Below, in pieces: positions 51,521 through 63,845 of a DNA stretch of 64,000 nucleotides. Numbering within the stretch: position 1 is the stretch's first letter; every line of letters starts with the position of its first letter. The stretch lies in the NCBI GenBank assembly GCA_964106645.2, contig OZ067038.1; one strand, given 5' to 3'. The stretch comes from Podarcis pityusensis (lineage: Eukaryota). Under the pieces are notes generated by a model. That model ran no database searches. It was not told where the DNA came from and was given only the letters and a program-made list of their open reading frames with translations. A program made the translations under genes and the position numbers.

Positions 51521-52471
51521 ACAAATCTCCCTGGCTGCTTCTCCCCTCTAAAAAGCTCCCTTCCCAAAGCTGCTTTTCCCTGGGCAGTAGCAAAGAGGGG
51601 GGTTCACACATTTGTCACTGTTTCATTTCACAAACGTTTGTATTTGTGTGCGTGCACACACACAATGTGTTGTCAGAGTTCTGAATAATGAATCGAATTG
51701 TGCTGACAGATGGCTAGTTTAAATAATTATCTCATGAACAACAATTTATGAACTCTGGTACTTGTAACCAGCGTAAGAAGTTCTCAGCATACAATGCCTT
51801 GTTTTGCTCAATGCATTAGGAATGAATGGAACACACAGAGAGAAGTTAAAGCACAGCTCATCAAATAGAGAGTGTATCTGCATGGACCTTTAGCACAGAA
51901 GCCACAGTGGTGCACCCCACCATGCAGAACAGGTACCTAGCCAGAGTAAAGGATATCTACAATTGGCATCTTCTGGAGCTGTCTCTCTCCCCCCACCCCC
52001 GGCAACCTAGCATCTATTGACATTAATCCTGGAAATAACTTATCTGCACACGCACCTGTAAGGGAGTACCTTATGTGCTTAAAGGAAAGGATTTATCTGT
52101 AGCAAACGTTATGCATGAATCTAGGCAATTAAATGTTACAGGCAGACAGCGCCTACAATTAGGCTGCAATGCTCGGAATACTTTCCTGGCAGCAAACTTC
52201 ATGGAACACAATGCAACTTACTTCCAATAAAGTATGCCAGGGCTTGGTCTGTTAAATATCTGATGAGACACTGTGAGAGTTTTCCTAAGAGCTGCTAAAG
52301 CGTAAGGTATATAGGACATAAAAACATGTGCTCTTGGATGAGTCCATATTGTGGGGGCTGGGCTATTATTTTTGTTTGTTACTACAGTATGTTATGCATT
52401 TTATGTTTTTAGATAGTAAGTCGCCCTGCGATCATCAGGTGGAGGGTGGTATAGAAATTAATCAAATAAAT

Positions 52472-52915
52472 AATCCAGCCCTGCATCCTGTTCTCACAAT
52501 GGCCAACTGGAGGCCTGTGGGAAACCTGCAAGGGGAATCTGAGCACAAGAGCACTCTTGTGGTGTCCAGCAAATGGTATTCAAAAGCATTGCTGCCTCCA
52601 ACTGTGAGGGCAGAGCATAGCCATCACAGCTAGTCACCATCGACAGCCCTCTCCTCCGTTGTCTGTGGCGATCACTGTGTCCTGTGGGAGGGAGTTCCGC
52701 AGTTTAACTAATGCACTGTGTGAAAAAGTTTCTTTTATCTGTCCTGGATCTTCCTACATTCGGCTTCATCGGATTGTCCGTGACTTCTGGTATGAGAAAA
52801 GCCTTTCTCTACTCACTTTCTCCACGCCAGGCATAATTTTAGAAACTTCTCTCAAGCCACCTCTCATTCCCCTTTTCCTCTAAACTCAAAAGTCCCAAAC
52901 GCTGCAAGCTTTCCC
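52472..52915 (-). mobile_element. CR1 LINE 3' fragment
   Basis: Minus strand reads a decayed CR1 ORF2 end (LQRLGLLSLE.K..RG, FTQ..LNCGTP region) followed by a CR1-type 3' UTR. Confidence 0.75.
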
Positions 52916-52959
52916 CCCCTCTATGGCTCCAGGAGGAAGGCTGGTTGGGGGGCAAAGGA

Positions 52960-54190
52960 GGCGTGCGGCTTCAACAACAGCTGCCTCACTCCCGCAAGAG
53001 GATGCTGACCTAGTAGGTCGGGCTGCCACCCTCAGCATCCTTAGTAGGTCAACTTCGGTCGGAAAAGTCCGCCGGGTAAACACGCGTCGCGCGAGGGCTG
53101 CCAATCTCCAGTGGGCGGGGCTCCGGCGGGCGCCGAGCGAGCCGCGCGCCCTTGGCGAGCGTGCGCCGGGCTCCCCGAGGCCCTTTTCCCGCCTTTTCTT
53201 GACAGAAAACGACGAGAAGCCTGTCTGCCCGCCCGCCCGCCCTCCCCGCTCCTTGACCCCGGGAGCCGCCGCCGGGCTCCTCGAGGAAGAAGGGGGGGGG
53301 GTCGCTTCCAAGCAAAACCTCAGCAAAAAGCCGTTGGGACTCACACAGTGAAGTGATAGACGAAGCACTTCCAGCCGGTGGGTCTCTCCAGGAAGTTGTA
53401 GACCCTGCCTTGGATGTGGCTGCGGCTCAGCAGAGGTCTGCGGACGCTGTAGATGGAGACGCGCGGGTCGAAGCTGACCGGAGGGCGAGGGTAGTCGCCG
53501 CCTCCGCCGCTCATGGCCACGGTGGCTTCGGGCCCCTCGACGTACCGCGCGCGCTGCTGAGTCGCGCAGCCGGTGCCGCCGGGCGTCGTCCCCCCCGCGG
53601 GCGCGGAGAGCGAGAAAGGCGCGTAGTGCGCGTTGGCGGCGTTCTCGGCCAGCTCCAGAGCCGAGGGTTTCATGCTGCCTTTCCTGGACGTGACGGACAG
53701 GCGCCCCAAGCTCCACGGCTTCCTCTCCGCCTTGGGCGAGGAAGAAGAAGACATCGTAGAGAGAGGCGCGCGCGGAGGCGGAGGGGGCGGGCGGGATGCG
53801 GCGCGAGGCAGCGGGCGCGACGCGTCTCTCGCTCGCTCGCTCGCTCTCCTTCCCCCGCGGCCTCCGCTCAAGTCCCCGAGAGCTCGCCTTGGCCCCGCCC
53901 ACTCCGGGGGAGGGCTCCTCGGGGAAGGCCCCTGCTCCCTCCGCCTCGCCGCTGCCAGCAGCCACCCAAGGAGCCCCGGGGACAGCGCGGCGGCGGCGGC
54001 GGCGGCTCGTCCCTTACTCGCGCAAGACGGCCGAGACTTTCCGCAGCTGTGCAACAAGTAGATGTTCAGCAGGTGCAGAACTTGGGTGATTCATGATTAG
54101 TGGCATCTTCCTTGCCCTAAACCTGGCAGGCGTTGTGCAATCAACTGGAAGAAAATCCCTGCCATCCAGAGGAGCGCGGGCGAAATCAAA
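52960..54190. promoter_or_regulatory. CpG island / TATA-less GC-rich promoter and 5' UTR of KCNQ1
   Basis: Very high GC and CpG density against CpG-depleted flanks. GC boxes (GGCCCCGCCC at 53891-53900), a (GGC)n run at ~53986-54006 and E-box CAGCTG at 54044-54049. No upstream ATG on the minus strand between 53755 and 54060. The TSS cannot be determined from sequence. Confidence 0.85.
53345..53754 (-). CDS. KCNQ1: KCNQ1 (Kv7.1) coding exon 1: N-terminus to start of S1
   Basis: Translation [14 protein letters not shown]...LELAE...[47 protein letters not shown](V) matches the KCNQ1 N-terminus (human [48 protein letters not shown]). ATG at 53754-53752 with A at -3. Ends in phase 2 at donor GT|GTGAGT (intron starts 53344). 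Confidence 0.97.
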
Positions 54191-54511
54191 GCAATGTGCC
54201 GTTTTGATTCCATTTATCTCTTATATATACTATTTTCCTTTTTATCTTATATATTCCTTGGAGGTAGGTTAGGCTAAGAGAGGGCCATGACGGGGAGACG
54301 TTTGTTTTTGTGGTGTGTGTTTTTTGCAGATGCCGAGGGGGCGACGTAGCAAGGTGGGTGAGCAAATGATCTGTGAAACAGCAATTCCCTAGTTTGGCTC
54401 TCACCCCCTGCATCAAACTCACTAGGGCTGCAATCATATAGTCATTTATTTACCTGGGAGTAAGTCTTATTGAATTCAGTGGGATTTATTTCTGAATAGA
54501 CATGTATGGGG

Positions 54512-54647
54512 CATGGGCGTAGCCAAGGGGTGGTAGGGGGGCAGTTGCCCTCCCCAAATCCATAAAAATACATAGCTAAGTGAGGTTCGTCCCCCCCCCC
54601 CCAACAAGAGGCCTGCCCCCATTTCAAAAATCCTGGCTACTCCCATG
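54512..54647. mobile_element. hAT (Tip100-like) MITE
   Basis: TIR CATGGGCGTAGCCA / TGGCTACTCCCATG; perfect 8-bp TSD GTATGGGG. Confidence 0.85.
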
Positions 54648-54708
54648 GTATGGGGGCTGTGCCTTTGGTATATTCCTGTTTTCAGCCTCAGTGTGTGCCA
54701 TCTCTGTA

Positions 54709-54901
54709 CAGTAGTACCTCAGGTTAAGTACTTAATTCATTCCGGAGGTCTGTACTTAACCTGAAACTGTTCTTAACCTGAAGCACCACTTTAGTTGCAC
54801 GATTTCTGTTCTCATCCTGAAGCAAAGTTCTTAACCAGAGGTAGTATTTCTGGGTTAGCGGAGTCTATAACCTGAAGCGTATGTAACCCAAGGTACCACT
54901 G
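54709..54901 (-). mobile_element. Tigger-like MITE family A, internally deleted
   Basis: Both TIRs and TA TSD present; central segment missing. Confidence 0.88.
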
Positions 54902-55150
54902 TACTATTAAGACAACCAGGGACCACCACCACCCCTTTAACTTAAAAGGGGAAACCTGTGATCTAGGGGCTACATGTGACTCCACTTAACTTCATTTGTG
55001 AGTCTTTTCCTGACTTTTTAAAAGCCTCCCTTTATTTTTATGTAGTTTCAGAATGATTGGTCTTTATTCCAGATTAGTTATCCAGAACACATTTGTCATC
55101 AGTTTCAGCTCCGCCCACTGTCAGCATGTGGCCTCTGGCAGATTCCACAT

Positions 55151-55198
<48 letters not shown>
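55151..55198. repeat. Compound (AC)n(AG)n microsatellite
   Basis: Read directly. Confidence 0.95.
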
Positions 55199-55205
<7 letters not shown>

Positions 55206-55557
55206 GAGAAAGAGAATGTTCCTCAGCAGGAAAAAAAAGTTGTCCACACCTGCTTTACATGGTTGTGGGAATTACTGAAATAATGTGTGTATAGATCCTT
55301 GAACATGGCAAAGAACAATTCAAAAAGAAATACAGTACATGGTAAACACCCTTGATGTACAGGTTGATATCCCAAGAAGCCCTGCCCTCTTGGAATCTTA
55401 TAAATTGAAACTTGAGTGCTTACTCACATTTGCATCTCTTGGTAGGTTGGCAGCTGCCCATCAGCAGAACCTCTCGCAAGAAATAATGTAGTGATGGGCA
55501 GAGATGAAGTACTGCCACTTATTTCACAACAGAGATTGTGATATCCTGTACTGTAGG

Positions 55558-55653
55558 AATCATAGAATCACTGAATCACAGAATTGTAGAGTTGAAAGTG
55601 ACCACAAGTGTCATCTAGTCCAACCCCCTGCATTGCAGTAATCTTTTGCCCAA
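55558..55653 (-). mobile_element. 3' half of the same tRNA-Lys/CR1-tail SINE
   Basis: Tail repeats (ATCATAGA-like) and GTCATCTAGTCCAACCCCCTGCATTGCAG. Confidence 0.7.
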
Positions 55654-56260
55654 CTATGTGCTAGTATGTTGCATGCCAAATATATAAGGCTTTTTTCTTC
55701 CGCTTCTAGACATAAACCCAACAAATAACCTAATAAGAAGAGCTAGGTTACATTAGCATGCCACTTTTATTTCGGAAAATATCCAAATCTCTTAATTACG
55801 GCCAAAATATTGAGCAAACGCTTGAGACTTAGGCTGGATGTTAAAGGAAAGAAAGAGAGAGAGTATGGGAGAAATGACTTGTTATTGCAGCCATAATGTT
55901 TGTATTGGTCAAAAGTTCATAGTCTTAGCAGGGGCATAGCTATGGGGATGTGACTGTGGAGGCTGCCATGAAGTCCCAGCGCTTAGCAGTCCAAGTACGT
56001 GCCCAGCTTACTACGTCAAGCAGCAGCAGGATGGACCATTTGCACACCAGTGTCACTTGCAGGGTCACTTGGCATAGCAGGATGAGGCTCTTGCAGACAA
56101 TTCCTGTGCTGCTATTTATAACACATCTACTACTTCTAAAAATAGCCTCAATGTGATTTACAATAAAAAAGTATGCACTGAAATAAACAGCATTAAGGAG
56201 GGGCAGACTAACAAAAAGGTAAAACAAAATGAAGTGCTGGTACAGCCACAGCCATAATAC

Positions 56261-56262
<2 letters not shown>

Positions 56263-56299
<37 letters not shown>
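56263..56299. repeat. (AC)n microsatellite
   Basis: Read directly. Confidence 0.95.
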
Positions 56300-56300
<1 letters not shown>

Positions 56301-59300
56301 CCATGATGCTAAGTGTAAGGGGTTAGGATGCAGAGGAGCCAAGCTGCTATGGAAGCTCCCTCGTGTAGCTGCCAGTCAGTGTAAGGGCTGTTGAAACAGC
56401 ATCCACTGAAGTCAATGGTGGTCCATTTCCTGGTGAAGGGTCCAATGTGGGCCCTTCTGCTGCATCAGCCTGGAACAAAATAAAGGGGGGGGGTTATTGT
56501 CACTTCACCTTCTGCCCTAGCCAGCAGGAGCTGGTGGTGAATTCACTGCTCTACTGTACACCCAGACTCAGTTCAGTTTGCTCTACCTATTGCTAGAATC
56601 ACTGCAGGGGTCCCACCACCATGTCTGAATGTAATAAGACAGGAAGTGGCTCACAGAAGTTGTTCCAATTTAGGCAATACTGAGCTCGAGATAGACAAAT
56701 GTTTTGACAGTATACAGCGGCTTATACCAACATTCTTCTTAAGTCCTAATTCTACTGTTTGATTCATTCTCGGTGTAATTCCTCTGCAACATATCAAGGA
56801 AGAATTTGTAGCTTGCCTTTTTAAGGCAATGGATGCTCTCTTCTGAGAATCTGGAAAACAAAATAGGGGCACAGAGTTGCTTAAAAAAAAGAGGCAAGAA
56901 TTGTGCTCTCATACCTAGGCTGAATTCTATAGTTATTAACCCAGCCTACTGCTTACACATTGCACTGCAAAACAGTCTGATGCCTAGTTAAGCCAAGAAG
57001 CATGGTTCGCAGCATTCAGACATTTACAACAAACCAATAAGAGTCTGTTTTGAGTGTAACTTAAGATGAAGTTGTCACAATTAAGTAGCCTAGCAAGCTT
57101 AGTGAGCCAAAATTATTACATTTTTTTCAATATAAACTTCAACTTGCATTATGCTGTTTATCTACTATAGAGCTTTTCAGTCTTTGTTTTATTTCCTATG
57201 TAGATGTTTGAAGTTCATGTAGCTGCTACAAGTAAGAGAGTTGCCAAACAACATAAATCTTGGAACATACACTTGCTTAAACAAACACCCCCCAACACTG
57301 GCTGTATTGCTGGCTTGCCTGAAATAAAAGTTTGCTCTTCTGTTAGATTGGTTTATGATGACATGTTTTTCAAACATTATCACCCTAAATCTGGCTCCTT
57401 ACCATCATGCACTTTTGTGGAACCCCTGATTAATTGGTTAAGCTGTCTTCTTGCCAGGCTATGTGAGGGTTTGGCACAGTAACGCATTTTAATGCGTGAA
57501 GTAATAGCTGCTTCTAATAAGACAAATGATTTGCACCTTAGATACAAGAGCTCAAGCACTCCAGTACAGAAGCAATTAGCTAACAAAGACAACTCCAAGA
57601 GCAGAAGGCGCATATATCCTTTGATCAGAAAGTCTGCTTTCCTTTTGAGCTTGATGGAGAATAGAACTAGTTAACAAGCTCCTTTCCCAGAGCTGTGCTG
57701 AGTTCAAGGGTTATACTGGTGCTTAGACAAAAATGTTGCAGCAAGATAAGGTACTATATATATTATATACCTTGTTATTTTCGGCTCTATTCAAAGGCGG
57801 TTCAGAAGTTCTCCAGATGCTTTGCATGAGTATGGCTGCTCCCTTCCGATAAACACTGATTTACAATGTATTATAATAATAATAAATTGTTCTTGCCGTG
57901 ATAACACTTTTACAAGCCACACTTAAAGCTTACTAAGACAACACTTAAGGGCTTCAAATTATGCTGGACGACTCCTGTGCCAACAAATGTCACAAAACAT
58001 GACGTCACCTCACAGTCACAGCATCATGACACTGACATCACAGCACAGGTAACTAGGGCAATGGTTGTGAGTGCTGCGCCTCTGTATGTGTGTGATCCTA
58101 ATCCCATATATCATCATAATAGTTCTTCTGTGTGGTAAAAGAGGGAGTAGGCTGAAGAGCCTTAGATCACTTTAACAACTATTTTAACTTACATGGCTCC
58201 TTCCCCCCACCTCTCTCACACACACCCCAAATTCTGGGAGCTGTGGTTCATTGAGGGGTCTGAGAATTCCGCTGGAGTGATGAAATGATTATTAAAGCAG
58301 TTTAGGTTTGTAGCACAAATATGCTGATACTAATATGCTTTACAGCTAGGGCATCTTCATGATAATTTTATACACTTTTCAGTTTCACTGAGGGCTGCTG
58401 CCCCTGCTCACTCTGTTTGTTACCCCTGCCTACCCTTCTGCCAAATGCCCTTCCCCCATACTAGACCAAGCCCCCCCCCCCCCGGTCTTTATACGTCACC
58501 TACCTGGGTCATCACCTATCCTCCCTCTGCCCCCGTACAACTATCTTTGTATTTTGCCTGATAAAAGTTTTCCTAACCTCACACACAGTGGTGGCCCAAC
58601 GCAAACTACCACCATGCATATTTTTGCATCACTTGGACCCAGGCTGTTGGATACAAAAAAAAGCTTTTTGCTGGATTTGGGGCAAAGTTAGAAAACGAAC
58701 GGTGCTTTTGCTCTTGAGTTATTTATGGGTAATAATGACTGGAAAGATAACATGTCACAGTTGTCTACACTACAACATGTTACTTCTACCACAATTTAAC
58801 ATTTATAGTATGCACAAATAGCGTCAACATTTATAGTATGCACAAATAACGTCATATAGAAGAACAACTCATCAAAACAAATTACTTTATTCACTATAAT
58901 GCCTGACAAGTGATCTCATGTTGACTCTGTATGAAGAAATATATGCTATGATAATAACAGCACTGATTTCCTCCCTACTGCCCCTAGATTTATATAAGGT
59001 TCAATGGGAAAGTTTATGTTTTGCTGCTCTAGGTGTGAAAACTCCCAGAATATATATATACAGTATTTAAGTTTGCATGTGGCTAAAAATCTATAGTCCC
59101 ATATAATGAAATTAATATATGTTTCTCCTAACAAATGCAGGTAGCACAGTAAATAATCAAGAAAATATTAAAAATAATGTTTGGGTCAAATATCAAAACC
59201 TGAAGCCCAGAATAATGTAATTGAGGTCAATGGGATTGTTCCAGAGTAAGTGGCTTAAGAACTGCGACAGCCTATTGCAGCCTAGAGTGGCGATACTGTT

Positions 59301-59579
59301 AATTACATAATAAGCATTTGGAATCCAGGAAATAATTCCTTCAATTATAAAGAGCAGAGGTGGAATGTTATGTGGAGCATGCAGTATCTTCAAATGCAAA
59401 CACTTGTTTATATAATACATATGTTGCAATTGCTGATTCCTTCTGAAGCATAAATATCTTGCCCTTACAAATCATAAGCACTGTGTTGTTTCTATTATTA
59501 TTTATTATTATACATTGCATCAAAGCTCCTGTGTCTGTATTTGTTACCTTTTGTCCTTTGTACACAATTCAAAGTGCAC

Positions 59580-59582
<3 letters not shown>

Positions 59583-59615
<33 letters not shown>
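59583..59615. repeat. (CT)n microsatellite
   Basis: Read directly. Confidence 0.95.
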
Positions 59616-59621
<6 letters not shown>

Positions 59622-59804
59622 CCATGCCAGAGCAATTTGTTCCATACAGAGTGGATTCCACAAATTTCCTCCAAGCATGTGCAGAGTGTTGTACCATGGC
59701 TATGTATGCATTCTTCTTGGCCTCAAGCATGGCAACGGGGTCATAGTGACAAGGTGCTGTTGTTTTCATCACTATCCCTTTGCCATGCTAAAGACCTAGA
59801 TAAA

Positions 59805-60180
59805 AAGTAAAGGTAAAGGACCCCTGGACAGTTAAGTCCAGTCAAAAGTGACTATGGGGCATGGCACTCATCTCGCTTCCAGGCCGAGGTAGCCGGTGTT
59901 TGTCTACAGACAGCTCTCCGGGTCTTGTAGCCAGCATGACTAAACTGCTTCTCGCACAACGGAACATCCTGATGAGTGCCAGAGCGCAGGGAAACGCTGT
60001 TTAACTTTCTGCCACAGCTGTACCTATTTATCTACTTGCACTGGCATACTTTCGAACTGCTAGGTTGGCAGAAGCTGGGACAGAGCAATGGGAGCTCACC
60101 TCGTTGCGCGGATTCGAACTGCCGACCTTCCGATCAGCAAGCCCAAGAGGCTTGGAGGTTTAGACCACAACAACACCCAC
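59805..60180 (-). mobile_element. Sauria SINE (more diverged)
   Basis: Homologous head, body and tail; possible TSD AGACCTAG. Confidence 0.88.
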
Positions 60181-60986
60181 TCACGCTAGAGACCTAGGCT
60201 TATGCAGCGCCTCTCTGGGTGTGTCTGGACTGGGCTACAGAACCCATTTCAGATGTTGCAATCCAAATGTGACAAAATTGAATGCAATTGTGGTTCTGCT
60301 CAAACTTTTCAGAGCTGGACCAAGTTATTCAAATGGTGTGTTGCCTGCCACCCCAATCTTCAAGTGGTGCAAGTTTTCAGGGGGCCCAGGTGCTTAAGTA
60401 GGGTTCTGTTTCTAAGGAATGAGGGACAGTAAAGACTGTGGTGTCTTTATTATATGTGGTTTATTTTCACATACATATAACAACCTGAGCTTATGATGGA
60501 TGGGCTCACAGCATTAACACCCCAGAAGGTTTGTTCTTCCCATAGTCCCAGTCTTGGATTCAAGCAAAGATCAAGCATGACTCTCATTCTCTTTCTTCTA
60601 CCTGCTTCTAGCCCAGTGCACTCTCCTATCTCTTTCTCGATCTCTCACAGACACACACACTTTTGTCTTTCCCACTTCCAGCCAGATGAGGGAGAGGGGA
60701 CCCACCCATTTGCCCTATGGCACAAAGCCACTTCCTTCTGTTATACTTACAACCATGCTTAGGCCCACCAAGAAGCAGGTCTGGCTGCTTCGACAATTGA
60801 ATCCTCCATTAGATTTTAACCTTTGCTGAATCTAGGACCCCAGGAATTAAAAGGGACTCAGGCATCATACAGCCTGACCTCCTCTCCCCTAGCCCAAATT
60901 CACATCTTCACATAAGACTTGGAACTTGTCCCCGTCCCCCCCAGTTTCTCAATATGCTGAATTCTTCACCCAGTACATTTTCTATA

Positions 60987-61203
60987 CAGTGGTACCTCGG
61001 GTTAAGTACTTAATTCATTCCGGAGGTCAGTACTTAACCTGAAACTGTTCTTAACCTGAAGCACCACTTTAGCTAATGGGGCCTCCTGCTGCCGCCACAC
61101 CGCCAGAGCATGATTTCTGTTCTCATCCTGAAGCAAAGTTCTTAACCTGAAGCACTATTTCTGGGTCTGTAACCTGAAGCGTATGTAACCCGAGGTACCA
61201 CTG
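60987..61203 (-). mobile_element. Tigger-like MITE, family A
   Basis: Both TIRs, TA TSD, small deletion near one end. Confidence 0.9.
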
Positions 61204-61676
61204 TATTTGTGTGTTTCCATCTTACCTTCTAACTCAGGTATGTGTGAAGTTTAATGTGACGATTTCACACCACTATTTCCCCCCTCTTCAAATAACCACT
61301 CATTTTGTTATTTTCTTCTTCAACAAGATAGAGAGCTAGGATTCAGAAATATGAAAACAGATTTTACCAGTACTGCAGATCCATTATATGTTAGAAATAT
61401 TTGTTTAGTATCGTAAGAGTCATATCCTTCATCTTTGCCAAACAAGGTGATCTGTTGTGTATGATTGAGAGAAATATACTGTACTTTCTTGTGGATATTA
61501 GTATTCATATTTAATTTCCCTTTATCTTATGTATGATCTGGGCTGGCCTTTCGTATTTTGGCACACACTAGCAAAACATTAAAATATCCTCCATGGGACC
61601 TTGAAACTCCTAGCTCTCCTCATTAATTCTGACAGGCCATGAAACTGTTTTTTTCATCTCCCTACCATGTCAACTA

Positions 61677-61862
61677 GCGGGAAGGTAAACGGCGTTCCGT
61701 GTGCTGCGCTGGCTTGCCAGATGCAGCTTGTCACGCTGGCCACGTGACCCGGAAGTGTCTGCGGACAGCGCTGGCTCCTGGCCTATAGAGTGAGATGAGT
61801 GCACAACCCTAGAGTCTGGCAAGACTGGCCCGTACGGGCAGGGGTACCTTTACCTTTACCTT
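61677..61862 (+). mobile_element. 5'-truncated Sauria SINE, distinct subfamily
   Basis: (CCTTTA)n tail; perfect 14-bp TSD TACCATGTCAACTA (61663-61676 and 61863-61876). Confidence 0.9.
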
Positions 61863-62149
61863 TACCATGTCAACTACTGGTAATTGTGCATAATTTGAAG
61901 GGAGTAACTAGCAGCCAGCAATCAATTCAGCAGCAATTTAGGTGGGTTCTTTTAGCTATTCCTTCATATTGAAGAGATGTCTTTGGCTATTACCTATACA
62001 AAAGAAATAAAACACAATTATTTATGTTAACCTCCCTGATGCAAGTCATTGCCCATAGTCACACTGGGTCACCTTTCTCCTCAGTGTCTCTCAGTTTATT
62101 CTGGCTACCTGGTGATAGCGATGTGCTGCTTAGCACTAAAAGCTTCCTA

Positions 62150-62285
62150 TGTCAGGTTTTATTTGTGCAATATCTTGCCCAATGAAGAGTTCTGATAACT
62201 TTAAAGCTTTCACATTTTTGTAGCATTTCATTTGTCCCAATAAAGGTATTACTGAACTGTTGATTTTGGATTTTGTTTTCATGAA
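62150..62285 (+). mobile_element. Penelope-like element terminal remnant
   Basis: CCAATGAAGAGTTCTGATAACTTTAAAGCTT...CCAATAAAGGTATTAC resembles a PLE end with a decayed hammerhead. Confidence 0.5.
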
Positions 62286-62870
62286 CCTTGGCTTTGTGCG
62301 AACTTTTGGTCTTGTCTTCCTCTCCTTCCCCTTTGATGCTATGTAGAGATCCAGCACACTTCCACTATCCACATGGGGACGACCCACCTGAATAGGGCCT
62401 GTGTAGGTAAAAGCCAGTGTGCACAGGCCAAAATTGTGGGGTTGACACCCAGATTTTCTTGTGGTGACTCTACAATTCTGTATTACCCTTACCTCTACCA
62501 TGAGAGATACAACCAGCCAGCCACCTCCATTGCTATAGCTTTGGCAGACACCAAAAATGTTTTTATGCATGACTGCTTTTAATGAGGATATGCAAAAGGC
62601 AGAGTCCTCTGTTTTTAGTGGGGTGACCAGCCAAGAGAACAGGATTAGAAGCTGGGACTTGTATCCAATATAGTGCTAAGTAACCATCTGGCCAATACAA
62701 GGATTTATGCTTGTACAATGGAACTTTCTCAACACTCCTCCTTTTAGCACTCACCCCATACCCTCCTTAAATCTGCTCCGAGATGTGTGTGAGATGTGTT
62801 ATAAGCACAACTCCTTTCTGTGAACTGCCCTGAGACCTCCGGATATAGGGTGATATATAAATTCAATAAA

Positions 62871-63180
62871 TTGCAGTCCCATGGACCTATCCATTCTTAA
62901 GGAAATCAGCCCTGAGTGCTCACTGGAAGGACAGATCCTGAAGCTGAGGCTCCAATACTTTGGCTACCTCATGAGAAGACTTCCTGGAAAACACCATGGT
63001 GTTGGGAAAGATTGAGGGCACAAGGAGAACGGGACGACAGAGGACAAGATGGTTGGACAGTGTTCTCGAAGCTACCAGCATGAGTTTGACCAAGCTGCGG
63101 GAAGCAGTGGAAGACAGGAGTGCCTGGCATGCTCTGGTCCATGAGGTCCCGAAGAGTTGGACACAACTAAACAACAACAA
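62871..63180 (+). mobile_element. RTE-BovB 3' fragment
   Basis: Encodes ...LGKIEGTRRTGRQRTRWLDSVLEATSMSLTKLREAVEDR...; 5-bp deletion relative to the 39978 copy; (CAA)n tail. Confidence 0.93.
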
Positions 63181-63845
63181 AAGAGGCTTTGCTATAGTGA
63201 CAGTGGGAAGATTTTGATTCTACACCAGTTTCACTGTGGGATCCCCATATTGCTAGATGAAGTGCTTCTCTGAAAAATTCTACAGAAAAACCAATTGTGT
63301 GTCATGTTTTGATTAGGGTAACAACAACGTAAATTCAATAAATGACAACAACAACTCCCAGTGGAGAATTTGTAGTGCCCTGGATTTGCACAAAGTCAAT
63401 GCAGGGGTGAGTAAAAGAGAAGACAGGTTGCACATCAGCTGTGGCTGTGGTATGGAAACAAGAAGGAAGGAACGCTGAGAGGGTGAAAGTGGTGGTTTAA
63501 AAGCAACTGCAGAGATCCTTCACACAATGTAGTTCACTCCTAGCACCGTGTGTTGTCTTCAACAGGAAGTTCCAGATTCAACACAGTAGTTTGGAACATA
63601 TATTTTATTACAGGCACACACCCATACATGAACAACATCCATCAACTGAACTTAACCTTCTCTAACTGAACAAAGAAACTGACAGGCTTGCTCATAAGAA
63701 TCTATTCATCTTGGAAAGACAGTACCATATATCATCCTAGGGTGGGTGTGCAAAGGGAGCTGCAGAATAGGAGAGAGGAGAAGGCATGGAAATGGGGGTG
63801 ATCAGCATACAACAAGAAAGTTGAGAAAAGGAAAGAGGAGGAAGG

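Noticed and set aside
53755-54057. 101 open codons in frame upstream of the KCNQ1 ATG (possible non-AUG extension)
   Set aside because: No ATG, and homology to KCNQ1 begins at [12 protein letters not shown]. An open frame is expected at this GC content. Ribosome profiling would be needed to revive the idea.
52886-54096. Long ORFs of 359 aa (-) and 247 aa (+) overlapping exon 1
   Set aside because: They lie in alternative or antisense frames of a CpG island where stop codons are rare. The 359-aa ORF starts at GTG, and both give low-complexity Arg/Ala/Pro/Gly products.
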